Below are positions 44,801 to 54,264 of a DNA stretch of 64,000 nt, one piece after another. Both the position numbers and the translations under genes were made by a program. Every line of letters starts with the position of its first letter. Position 1 is the stretch's first letter. The notes under the pieces are model-generated. The model saw nothing but the letters and a program-made list of their open reading frames with translations. It did no database searches and was not told the origin of the DNA. The stretch is from an uncultured Acidobacteriaceae bacterium (GTDB taxonomy: Bacteria > Acidobacteriota > Terriglobia > Terriglobales > Acidobacteriaceae). The stretch spans positions 237,631-301,630 of the forward strand of contig CAWCPB010000003.1 of the NCBI GenBank assembly GCA_963797415.1. Reading direction: 5' to 3'.

Positions 44801-45063
44801 GGGGTACCCCCGGGGGGGGTGGTGTAGCTAAGTCTATTTTATTGAGCAGTTTGCGATTTCCACAGGCTGCAAAGTATTCCATCTAAAGCGGTTACACGTA
44901 AAGTCTTCCATCGAATGGGCTTACTGGTTTCTTATGACAAAAACCCCGGCGCGTGGCCGGGGCTTTTGATATCTCTGTATCCAGTATAGCGGATGGGATG
45001 GAACTACTACGCCACGTGAATGCGCTGGATTGGCGCGGGTTTGGCGGGTTGGGGGGCTTGACA
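44801..45063 (-). repeat. Repeat element A, copy 3 (inverted)
   Basis: Minus strand tgtcaagcccc (from 45063); tggcgt 45014; tatact 44988; hairpin ccccggc-cacgc-gccgggg + T5; 27-bp units 44898-44924, 44869-44895, 44828-44854; ccccccgggggtacccc tract. Confidence 0.8.
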
Positions 45064-45278
45064 TCTCTAACGACGCCCGGTCGTTGCCTTGTCAAGATAA
45101 CTGGCGGTGAGTGGGAGATAGGCGGGAAGTGGGCCAGTTTGAATCCCGGGGCAACCCACCCCGGGGACGAGCGAAGGGTGCGATGCGTGTAGCAGCGGAC
45201 CGAACGACTAGGAGGCTTTCTTCCTGGGCTTTTCGGTGGCTGCCTCGGATTGTGGAGGTGCAGCGGCGGACTCGGCCT

Positions 45279-46985
45279 TTACTTAAAGGTATTGGGAGCT
45301 AGTCCTGTTGAGACGGGATAGGTGTAGAAACCCTGGGCCGGGTCGGCTTCGGACTTGCGGTTCATCATCATGCCCGCGTTGTAGTCGAAGGTGCAGGAGC
45401 CAGGTCCTTCGTTTGCGCCGGTGTAAAGGTCGCTCTCTGTAGCCTTGCCGCCGTCGAGAGGAGCGCCGTTGGCGTCGAGGAGGAAGGAGCTCACGGCTGG
45501 GGAGTTGAGGAGATAAGTGCCTACCTGGTTGATGTTGCCGGAGAGAAGTGTACGGCAACCGTATTGGATGATGGGTTGAACAGCTCCGGCAGGAGCGAGT
45601 GCGGCGGGCGAGACGATCATCAGAAGGCGGTCCTTCAACGCTTGGTTTACGTGAGTGATGGCGAATTTCAGCCCAGTGAAGAAGGTATAGGATGCGCCTT
45701 CCGCGGTTGCGAGCTTCACTGCCTGGGCGGGGGTGGCGAACTCGTCGACGTAGGCCCAGGTCCACTTAGAGGCGTCGGTGCCAGTGGGTGTTGTGGAGTA
45801 GAGGAAGTGGGAGTACTGGTGGGCGTCGGTGCTGCCCGGGGCTTCGACACATTCGAGCGCGAGGTAGAGGGTTCCGGTCCCAAAGTAGGAGTACCAGAGC
45901 GCTGGATGCGAGAAACTGACACAGTTCTTCGAGGCTGAGCTGAGGCTGGAGAGGTTCTGGGTGACGTTGCGGGAGGCGTCGGTGCCGGCGGCTCCGAGGC
46001 GGGCTTCGGGCGCGGTTGCGATGCCGAGCAATGTAGTTCCTGCATTGGAGGCGGAGGGGGGCATCAACTGAAGGGAACTGACACTGATGACACTGGTGGG
46101 GGTGAACTGGGCGTAGATGTCAGCTTGTGGCTTGACAAGGTAGCTAACGTGGGCCTGGACCCAGGTTTCCGCTGTGACGACCCCCCCGACGATATCGCTG
46201 GAAGGGACAAAGTCTATGAGGTCGATTGTCTCGGCGGAGGTGTCGTTGGTGGAGGCGTAGGCACTGGTGACGGTCTGGGTGGATGTGGTGGATTGATAGA
46301 GGGGTCCTACATAGCTGTAATTTGTGACCACAGGGCCAAGACTAAAGGGGGCTTCGGCCAGATGAATGTCGACGACGTGGGTCCCGTCGGAGAGCGTATG
46401 GGGCCATCCGTAGGCAAGAAAGACGTTGGACGTACCCTCTCGAACCGCGGGGTCAGCGTAGCCGTGGAACAGGCCGGCTGCGATTGGATCTCCCTGAATG
46501 CTGATGGTCGGGCAAAGGTTAGTGCTGACCGAACAATCCACGGCCGGTGGCGACGCGGTGGCAGTGGCGGCGATGGAGAGGACGTGCGGGGACCCGACGG
46601 CGCTGTCGACAATGGTGAGGTTCGCGGAGTAGGAGCGGACTGTTGTGGGTGTGAAAGTAAGGGTCTCTGAACAGGCGCTGTTGACGGAGAGCCCGCCGAC
46701 TCTGGCGCAGTTGCTGGTCGAGGTGAAGTACTGAGCGTCTGCCCCGGAGATAGTTTCGGAGGTGATCGTGACCGCAACGGTGCCTGATGGTCCAAAATTC
46801 GCAAACGTGCTATCGGTGTTGCCTACGAGCGTGGTGTCGAAGGGGGCGGGGAAGTAAAATGCGGCCGTATTGCCTGGAGTATTGCCTGGAGGGGCAAAGG
46901 CGGGAGAGCCACTACCGCTGCAGCCTGTGAAAATTGAAAGGGAGATAGCAACCAGCATGATCCAACGACTTGCAGTTGAAATCAT
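45279..46985 (-). CDS. Secreted lipoprotein with choice-of-anchor D/ASH-type Ig-like domain and beta-rich C-terminal domain
   Basis: Lipobox IFTGC; SGTVAVTITS...ISGADAQYF..SNC...SACSETLTFTPT...SANLTIVDSAVGSPHVLSI; then YADPAV propeller-like motif. Confidence 0.65.
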   Translation of the reverse strand: MISTASRWIMLVAISLSIFTGCSGSGSPAFAPPGNTPGNTAAFYFPAPFDTTLVGNTDSTFANFGPSGTVAVTITSETISGADAQYFTSTSNCARVGGLSVNSACSETLTFTPTTVRSYSANLTIVDSAVGSPHVLSIAATATASPPAVDCSVSTNLCPTISIQGDPIAAGLFHGYADPAVREGTSNVFLAYGWPHTLSDGTHVVDIHLAEAPFSLGPVVTNYSYVGPLYQSTTSTQTVTSAYASTNDTSAETIDLIDFVPSSDIVGGVVTAETWVQAHVSYLVKPQADIYAQFTPTSVISVSSLQLMPPSASNAGTTLLGIATAPEARLGAAGTDASRNVTQNLSSLSSASKNCVSFSHPALWYSYFGTGTLYLALECVEAPGSTDAHQYSHFLYSTTPTGTDASKWTWAYVDEFATPAQAVKLATAEGASYTFFTGLKFAITHVNQALKDRLLMIVSPAALAPAGAVQPIIQYGCRTLLSGNINQVGTYLLNSPAVSSFLLDANGAPLDGGKATESDLYTGANEGPGSCTFDYNAGMMMNRKSEADPAQGFYTYPVSTGLAPNTFK

Positions 46986-47069
46986 AGTGACCTTCGGCGT
47001 GCGAGAGGATTTGGGGCCTGAAAGAATCAGCCGCCCATTATAGACCCACTTTGCGGCTGAAAAGAGAAT

Positions 47070-47291
47070 ATTTTATCGGCTATACGGAAGTGATCCTCCG
47101 TATAGCCGGTAAAGTCACGTCGGAAGGTTCGAGGCTGGCCCTGTGTAGTTACCGACAACCCCGTTTTTCGGGAACTGCTGTTGATTTCTTGGGGATCACT
47201 GCCGATAAGCCGACTTCTCGGGACTAATCCAAGTGAGTGACGGTACCGTCGATTTCGAGCTCAGCTTGAAACTTCCGTATAGCCGACAATA
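47070..47291. repeat. MITE-like element with 16-bp perfect terminal inverted repeats
   Basis: tcggctatacggaagt (47076-47091) / acttccgtatagccga (47271-47286). A third near copy at 47095-47111 forms a local hairpin. Confidence 0.6.
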
Positions 47292-47338
47292 CCTCAGTTC
47301 GTACGAAGAGCGCATTGCCGTTTGGGCGTGGCATCACG

Positions 47339-48646
47339 TTAGCCTCTGTTCGGTCTGGCCGCCGGATCGTAGATGCCCACTGACTTGGGATCCTTGAGCG
47401 TCTTGCGGATCTGTTCGCCGACGATCTTGTCCTGGCCTGGGAAGAGCAACATTGCGGTGACGACGAGCGCATTCGGCAGCGGGTCCACGCCCTGCGAGGC
47501 CCTCGTGGAGCCCGTGTGCGGATTGATCTCGATTGCCGGATTTCCTGTGGCGAGGCGTGCCTTGATCTCTCTCGGGGTTGCTCCGATCACCTTGGGGTCG
47601 AACTCCACCACCAGTTGCGGGTAGTGGTTGGCGACCGCAGGGACGATCACGCGTGTCTTCACGCTGGGAACGTCCTTCAGGATCGAGGCCATCACGGCGA
47701 GACGGTCGTTGGACTCCTTGAAGAGACTCTCATCGGTCTGCGAGAGGATCCAGTCCACCGCTGCCACCATGCCGACGATCTGCTCCTTGGCCACCTTCAT
47801 GCCGCGTGCCACACCTTCTACCGGAGGCAGCATGTTGTTGGCGAGGTCGGTGTACTTCTTCTTGCCCAACAACAGACCCGCGCTCTGCGGGCCGCGAATG
47901 CCCTTGCCGCCGGAGAAGCAGACCAGGTCCCACTTCTCAGCAAGCGTCCACAGATTCGAGACCGGCGGCATGTCTGCCGCGGCATCAAGATGGCAGGGAA
48001 CGCCGTGTTCTTTCGCCACGGCCAGCCAATCTTCCACGGGGATCTTCACCACCTCGGCTGCGTTTTCGTGGTTGGTCATTACGGTGTTCTCGTTGAAAGC
48101 ACGCTTGTACTCCTCTAGCGTGTTCACGACCACAATCTTCGCGCCGCACATGACCATCCCCTCGTCGTATCCATACGGGGTCTGCGTGATGATCTCGTTC
48201 TTCGGGTATTTAGGCGTGCCGATGAGACGCGGAATGTCGATCGGGCGGCAGTTATTGGCCGCCTGAATGCAAGCCGCTGCGGCCAACGTTATCGCCGAGG
48301 CTGCTCCGGCGCTGATGCAGCAACCCTCAGCCTTGAGACGGTTGGCGATGTAGGCGCCTCCCTTCTGCTGCAGCTCCCGGATATGCACCCACTTCTTGGC
48401 TGCAAGCGCAACGGCTTCCTGCACGGGCTCCGGCATACAGGCAGAGCTAAGGTCGGTGTACGTGCCTGCTGCATTGATGAACGTCTGCACGCCGAGCTTG
48501 TCATAGTAGTCCACGGCCGCTGCGGATTTTTCGTGAGTTGCCAGTGCCAGAGCCGGCATGGGAGCCGCTGCTGCTGCCGCCAACGCGGCCTGGGTGCGGA
48601 GAAAGCCTCTTCGTGTAAGCTTCGTCGTGCTTAGAGAATTTGACAT
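47339..48646 (-). CDS. SelA-like PLP-dependent enzyme (DgaE-like) with twin-arginine N-terminus
   Basis: TRRGFLR; FINAAGTYT, ISAGAASAI, HLDAAAD, CFSGGKGIRGPQSAGLLLG, RGMKVAKEQIVG. Confidence 0.85.
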   Translation of the reverse strand: MSNSLSTTKLTRRGFLRTQAALAAAAAAPMPALALATHEKSAAAVDYYDKLGVQTFINAAGTYTDLSSACMPEPVQEAVALAAKKWVHIRELQQKGGAYIANRLKAEGCCISAGAASAITLAAAACIQAANNCRPIDIPRLIGTPKYPKNEIITQTPYGYDEGMVMCGAKIVVVNTLEEYKRAFNENTVMTNHENAAEVVKIPVEDWLAVAKEHGVPCHLDAAADMPPVSNLWTLAEKWDLVCFSGGKGIRGPQSAGLLLGKKKYTDLANNMLPPVEGVARGMKVAKEQIVGMVAAVDWILSQTDESLFKESNDRLAVMASILKDVPSVKTRVIVPAVANHYPQLVVEFDPKVIGATPREIKARLATGNPAIEINPHTGSTRASQGVDPLPNALVVTAMLLFPGQDKIVGEQIRKTLKDPKSVGIYDPAARPNRG

Positions 48647-48808
48647 CGGATCACCTTTCCTTATAAATCGATCGGTCCCTGCCTCTGGCAACACACGCTG
48701 TCGATTCGGGACTGCACAGGTGATATTACCGCTCCGCGGGGCGAGGAGCCATTCTTACTGGCGGGTGCTTCGATAAACGCGCTTGTGTTTAGCAACGGTG
48801 ACACCCCC

Positions 48809-48918
48809 GCAAAGTCGGGTTTTCGGCAACTTCAGTCATTCACTCCAAACTGGCCCACTACCGAAAGGCAGAACGGGTGGACGTTTTGGGTGAAAGGAAT
48901 GGCTGGTTACGTTCGGAC
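48809..48918 (+). repeat. Repeat element B, copy 1 (~110 bp, hairpin-forming)
   Basis: gtcgggttttcggcaacttcagtcattcactccaaa...ccgaaaggca...tggacgttttgg...gaaaggaatgg..ggttacg; direct repeat of 49445-49557. Confidence 0.85.
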
Positions 48919-48946
48919 GAATGTCAGGGTCAGCGCCGAGCTGGCT

Positions 48947-49261
48947 TCACTTACTTTTCAGTCCATCGCGGTAGGCCATCGCTTCGAGTTCCACGCGAAT
49001 GGCGTCGGCGACGGGGATGACAGGGCGAGCTTCGAACGTGAAAGCGGGCAACATCGAACAGAACTTATGCACTTCGAGCGGGTCGTCGCATTCCATCAAC
49101 ATATATCCGCCCCAATCGCCGACGCGGATGACGAACGACTGGATCTTGAAATTGGCCGGCGCCTTCCACGGGCTGAAGACCTCCAGAATTCGCTTCTGTG
49201 CGTTTTCGTACTCGATGGGCGAGCCCTGCGGACGTTCGTTCCACGTAATCATGTACTGCAT
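48947..49261 (-). CDS. DUF3303-like small protein
   Basis: MQYMITWNERPQGSPIEYENAQKRILEVFSPWKAP...RVGDWGGYMLMECDD...FEARPVIPV; strong RBS aggagg. Confidence 0.75.
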   Translation of the reverse strand: MQYMITWNERPQGSPIEYENAQKRILEVFSPWKAPANFKIQSFVIRVGDWGGYMLMECDDPLEVHKFCSMLPAFTFEARPVIPVADAIRVELEAMAYRDGLKSK

Positions 49262-49444
49262 TAAATTAACCTCCTCTTTCACCCGGGTCCGAGTCGCCTG
49301 GCCTCGAGGTAGGCAAGGTATACGCCTAGTGGCATACGCACGTCGAGCGATGTTACGAAGAATTCCAGGGGGTTCTTGATGGACGTGCTTCGGATGGGTA
49401 GCGGGTGAGTGACGGGCAAGTCGGAAGTAATCTTCGAACTGCCT

Positions 49445-49557
49445 GCAATGTCGAGTTTTCGGCAACTTCAGTCATTCACTCCAAAACTAACCCACTGCCG
49501 AAAGGCAAAAGCGGTTGGACGTTTTGGCTGGAAAGGAATGGGCGGTTACGGTCAGAC
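49445..49557 (+). repeat. Repeat element B, copy 2
   Basis: Highly similar direct repeat of 48809-48918. Confidence 0.85.
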
Positions 49558-49567
49558 TCTCTGTATC

Positions 49568-49623
49568 GGGGTCCTCCGACTGCGCAGCTTGCAAAGTGCG
49601 CAAGCTGCTTTGCTCAGGATGAC
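49568..49623. repeat. REP-like palindromic element (half copy ending GCTCAGGATGAC)
   Basis: ggggtcctccgactgc-gcagcttgc-aaagtgc-gcaagctgc-tttgctcaggatgac. Confidence 0.55.
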
Positions 49624-49661
49624 GGTTTTTGGGGCGACGATGAGAAAACAACGGCAAAAGG

Positions 49662-50988
49662 TCAGGAGGGGGAGTCGGTTCTGCGGAGGACCAGGAGGGT
49701 CATGTCGTCGCCCTGGGGGGTGCCGCTGGTGAAGGTCTGGAGTGAGGAGAGGATGCCGGCGACGCTGGCGGCGGCGGAGGGGTTGGTTTGTTTGAGGAGG
49801 GTGGTGAGGAGGCCTTGCTCGCCCCATTCGGCGCCGCGAGGGTTGATGGCTTCGGTGATTCCGTCGGTGTAGGCGGTGAGGGTGTCGCCGATGTCGAAGG
49901 GGAGGGTCTCTTCCTGATAGGTTGCGTTGGGCAGGAGGCCGAGGACGGGGCCTCCGCGCTCTAGTTTGGTTACCTGGTTGCCATGCAGGAGGAGCGGCGG
50001 GTTGTGGCCGGCGTTGACGTAGGTGATGGTGCGGGCGAAGGGATCGTAGACGAGGAAGACGAGGGTGGCGTAGCGGCTGGCGGAGGAGGCGTCGTAGAGG
50101 AGGCGGTTGAGGTGCTCCATGACGGCGGTGGCGCGGTCTTCGCGGTGGTGGATCATGAGGCTGCGGAGGGATGCGCGCAGGGTGGCCATGAGGAGCGCGG
50201 AGGAGACGCCTTTGCCGCTGACGTCGGCGACGACGCAGCAGAGGAGGCCTCCGGTGGTGACGAAGAGGTCGTAGTAGTCGCCGCCGACTTCTTCGGCGCT
50301 CTTGTAGTTGGCGGCGGTATCGATGCCGGAAACTTTGGGGAAGGATTGCGGGAGGAGGCGTTCCTGGACTTCGCGGGCGAGATCGAGCTCGCGGGTGACT
50401 TTGGCTCGTCTTACGGCCTCTTGGCTGAGGGAGTGGACGTGCTGGGCGGTCTCCAGACCATGGCCCATCTGGAGGCCGAGGTCGCGGAGGAAGCGGAGTT
50501 CGTGGCGCTGGAAGGGCTTGCCTTCGGATTTTGAGAGGGTGGCGAAGCCCATGAGGCCAGTGCGGCCTTCGAGGGGGAGCAGGAGCTGGGCTCCGAGGGC
50601 GTTGAGGGCGGCGATCTCCTGTGGGGTGGCGAGGAGCTGCCAGGCGTCGGGGCGATGCTGGCGGAAGGGGGATGGCTTGCGCTCGCGCTTCATGCGGAAG
50701 ACAGTGGCACAGCTGGCGGGGAAGGAGATGCCGGGGGCGATGTCGCGAGTGGCGCCTTGTGGAAGGTAGCCGGATTCTTCGCGGAGAAAGATGTGGAAGG
50801 AGGAGAGCTGCAGGGCGTCGGAGATGGTGCGGGGGTAGGTTACGAGCAACTCGTCGAGGGAGAGGGTGCGGCCGGCCTGGACGAGGAGCTCGTCGAAGAG
50901 TTCGCGCGAGGCGTAGCCCTTTGGGACGAGGAGTTCGGTCAGGCAACGCGCGATCTTCTTGTTCAAGTGAGAGGGGCTTGGAGATCAT
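49662..50988 (-). CDS. PP2C/SpoIIE (RsbU-like) phosphatase with N-terminal GAF-like region (start uncertain)
   Basis: ELDLAREVQERLLP, EVGGDYYD, VADVSGKG, VNAGHNPP, YTDGITEA, DDMT. Confidence 0.9.
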
Positions 50989-51266
50989 GTTGATTTCGTG
51001 CGAATATGCGCGGGTACGGAGCGTCGCACCTCCATGGAAGCATGTCTGAGTGTTGGCGCTGGTGCCCAGGCATAGGTGCTGCAGTTAAGCGTATTGATGG
51101 AGACCGGGGAAGATCCACGGTGGACCGCCTTTCACGGGTTACAGAAGTCTCTACGCAGGGCGAGCGAGATGAGTTCCGTGCAAAGGTGGTTATGTGAGAA
51201 TTAGTGACCGCCGAGAACTTCGGGATCTGACTTGCCGGTGAAATCTTTGGATTGAGGGGATTGTCT

Positions 51267-52019
51267 ATGTTGAGCTATGCGCAGAGCGCCTTTCTTGTCA
51301 TCGTGGCGATGGTGATGTCGATAGTGATCGGTAGCTGTGCTGAATCGTGTATGGCCGATTCCGAGCCGGAAGCTGGTGAACGATGTGACGGGATGGCAAC
51401 TGGGGATCCTGGGAACGACGTATGGAGTGATTCTTGGGTTCATGCTGTTTACGGTATGGAATGACTTTCGCGCGGCGGAGATCAATACGAACCTGGAGGC
51501 CTCGTCACTGGTAACGGTTTCGCGGATTGGGGCGGGGTTGCCTTCTCCGGCGCGCGAGTCGATTCATGCTTTGGGGGTGAAGTATGCGGAGGCGACGATC
51601 AACGAAGATTGGCCGGCGATGCAGGTGCAGCAGGATAGTCAGGCGAGCGAGCTGGTGTCGAAGGACATGTGGAAGGTGCTGGCGGAGATGAAGATCTGGC
51701 GACGAAAGCGTCAGCGTCGACCATTTGACGAATCGCGCTGAAAGAACTTTCGGAGAGACGCAATCTGCGGGAGGAGGAGATGCGAGACCGGTTGCCGAGA
51801 ATTTTGTGGCTTTTGCTGGTGGTGGGGGCGGGAGTGACGGTTGGGTCTGCTTGCCTGCTGGGGAATGACAATAAGTGGCTGCATTACTGCCAGGTTCTGG
51901 CGTTGACGTTTGTGATTGCGGTGGCGCTGGCTTCGATTGCGGATCTGGCGAGGCCGTTTGAAGGCGCGGTGTCGGTGACGCCGGTTGCGTTTGTACGAGC
52001 GTTAGCGATGATGCGGTAA
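51267..52019 (+). CDS. DUF4239 / bestrophin-like membrane protein (frameshifts near 51335 and about 51700)
   Basis: LGTTYGVILGFMLFTVWNDF, INEDWPAM, LPRILWLLLVVGA, IADLARPFEGAVSV. Confidence 0.75.
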
Positions 52020-52039
52020 GTTATGTTGTAGGGAGAACG

Positions 52040-52554
52040 ATGACGTCAGACTCAACTACATCTTGGCTGATGTCTATAGTCTTTGTGGGAATCGCTTCGG
52101 TCGGCCTAATCGCGCTCGGTTCCAAGGCTCGCATTAGCGGTGACCGGATAACTTTTGTCGCCTCGTTGCCCACCGATTGATCTTACTTCTTGGGTCTACC
52201 GGAGCGTTCGCTGTGATGATCTTTACTTGGCCGAGTTCGCAGCCATGGGAACGGTTGGCGCTTGGTGCTATTGCTCTGGGTATCGCCTTAGGTTGGCCGT
52301 CCACGATTGTTCTGGATCGGCAAGGGATCCAACGCAAGTTCTGGTGGATGCCGCAATAGGCCATTTCATGGAGCGACGTGTCATCAATCGAGGAAAACGG
52401 TGATGGCGACTATCAGGTCTATGGTCAGGGGCAATCTTCAATAATTTTCTCTCGTTTTCTCATCGACCCACAGAGATTCAAATCAGAAGTGTTTGCAAGA
52501 ACGCGGCTCAAGGCCACCAAAGCCTCCGATCCTGTGAGGGTGATTCCCCGATAA
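52040..52554 (+). pseudogene. Membrane protein remnant (frameshift near 52175, in-frame TAG at 52357)
   Basis: MTSDSTTSWLMSIVFV...LGWPSTIVLDRQGIQRKFWWMPQ*AISWSDVSSIEE...VIPR*; RBS gggaga; lower GC. Confidence 0.5.
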
Positions 52555-52614
52555 CAAGATCTGAAGACCATATCGTCAGTTGCGTGCGGCCTTGGTCACG
52601 TCTTCGACCAACGA

Positions 52615-54228
52615 TCAGTGACCGGCGAGTGCTTCAGGGTCAGGGGTGGCGGCTTTGTTGGGGAGCCGCATGATGAAGGGTAGAGGCGACAGGCAGAGGA
52701 TGACGACCGCGAGGATGAAGAAGGCGTTTTTGTAGCCGAGCATGGAGGCTTGGCGGATCATCTGCAGGTAGGCCTGGCCGACGGCCATTTGCGACGCCTG
52801 TGCGGCGGACATTCCGCGTGCGATGAGCATCTCTTTCATCTGGTCCATGTAGAGGCGGTAAGGAACGCTGCCGGGAATGATGTGGGTGGCGAGGTTGGCC
52901 TGGTGGACCTGCGCGCTGCGGGCAAGATAGGTGGTGAGAAGCGCGGTGCCGGCGCTACCGCCGAGGTTGCGGGCGAAGTTGGAGAGCGAGGAGATCTGGT
53001 TCATCTTGTTGCTGGGCACACCGACGTAGTTGAGGGTGCTGATGGGGATGAAGATGAAGGGCAGGCCGATGACCTGGAGCATGCGCCAGAGGGTGACGGT
53101 TCCGAAGGCGGTGTTGAGATCGAGGCGCGTGAGGTTGTAGATGCCTGCGGCAGTGGCGATGTAGCCGAGGCAGACCATGATGCGGGGATCGAATTTGCCG
53201 AGGGAACGGCCGGCGACGGCCATCATGATCATCATCATGAAGCCTGCGGGGGAGAGAACCATGCCGGCGCGCTCGGCGGTGTAGCCGAGGAGGACCTGCA
53301 GGTACTGCGGGATGAGAACGGTTGAACCGAAGAGCACCATGCCGAGTATGAGTTGCAGGAAGACGGCTGTGCCGAAGTTACGGTTCTTGAGGAGTTTGAG
53401 GTCGACGATGGGATCGGGGTGGCGCCACTCCCACCAGGCAAAGAAGACGAGCGTGGCGACGGCGAGGATGGCGAAGGTGGTGATCATGGGATCTCCAAAC
53501 CAGTCTTTTTCCTGGCCCTTGTCGAGGGTGAACTCGAGGCAGCCGACGCCGAGGGAGATGAGGCCGAGGCCCATGAAGTCGACGCGGAGGTGCTTGGCCT
53601 GTTCGCGGCGCAGCTTGAGGTGCGGCGGGTCTTCGACCATGCGGTTGGAAAGCCAGAGGGAGAGTATGCCGACTGGAATGTTGATGAAGAAGATCCAGTG
53701 CCAGTTGAAGTTGTCGGTGATCCAACCGCCGAGGGTGGGCCCGATGGCAGGTGCGATGACGACCGCCATTCCGTAGACGGCGAAGGCCTGGCCGCGCTTT
53801 TCGACGGGGAAAGTGTCGGCGAGGATGGCTTGCTCGCTGGGGGCGAGGCCTCCTCCGCCGGCGCCTTGCAGGATGCGGGCGATGATGAGGAGGGGGAGGG
53901 TGTTGGCGATGCCGCAGAGGAACGAGCAGATGGTGAACATCGCGACGCAGGTCATATAGAAGCGCTTGCGACCGAAGCGGTCGGAGAGCCATCCGGAGAT
54001 GGGCAGGACGATTGCGGAGGAGACGAGATAGCTGGTGAGGACCCAGGTGGCCTCTTCCTGGCTGGCGCCGAGGGTTCCGGCTATGTGGGGAAGGGCGACA
54101 TTGGCGATGGAGGTGTCGAGGACCTCCATGAAGGTGGCGAGCGTGACGGTGAGGGCGACTGCCCACTTATTGTGGTGGGGCTTCCAGACGGCTGGTAGAG
54201 CCGGTGCGGTGATAGTCGCGGTTGCCAT
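52615..54228 (-). CDS. DHA2 (EmrB/QacA) family MFS efflux transporter
   Basis: LATFMEVLDTSIANVALPHI, WVLTSYL, DRFGRKR, WHWIFFINIPVG, DKGQEKDWF, RNLGGSAG. Confidence 0.93.
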   Translation of the reverse strand: MATATITAPALPAVWKPHHNKWAVALTVTLATFMEVLDTSIANVALPHIAGTLGASQEEATWVLTSYLVSSAIVLPISGWLSDRFGRKRFYMTCVAMFTICSFLCGIANTLPLLIIARILQGAGGGGLAPSEQAILADTFPVEKRGQAFAVYGMAVVIAPAIGPTLGGWITDNFNWHWIFFINIPVGILSLWLSNRMVEDPPHLKLRREQAKHLRVDFMGLGLISLGVGCLEFTLDKGQEKDWFGDPMITTFAILAVATLVFFAWWEWRHPDPIVDLKLLKNRNFGTAVFLQLILGMVLFGSTVLIPQYLQVLLGYTAERAGMVLSPAGFMMMIMMAVAGRSLGKFDPRIMVCLGYIATAAGIYNLTRLDLNTAFGTVTLWRMLQVIGLPFIFIPISTLNYVGVPSNKMNQISSLSNFARNLGGSAGTALLTTYLARSAQVHQANLATHIIPGSVPYRLYMDQMKEMLIARGMSAAQASQMAVGQAYLQMIRQASMLGYKNAFFILAVVILCLSPLPFIMRLPNKAATPDPEALAGH

Positions 54229-54264
54229 ATCAGTCTCCTGATATAATATCAGGAGACTGATATG
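54226..54264. promoter_or_regulatory. Perfect 19-bp-arm palindrome spanning both start codons; probable MarR operator
   Basis: catatcagtctcctgatat-a-atatcaggagactgatatg. Confidence 0.8.

Noticed and set aside
47339-48646. True selenocysteine synthase selA
   Set aside because: Motifs fit the DgaE-like branch, it has a Tat-like leader, and no selB/selC/selD is present.
48809-49557. Canonical integron attC sites
   Set aside because: RYYYAAC and GTTRRRY cores are not properly present on either strand, and there is no intI in the window.
52357-52359. In-frame TAG as stop-codon readthrough or pyrrolysine
   Set aside because: The gene also has a frameshift, there are no pyl genes, and simple pseudogenisation is more likely.
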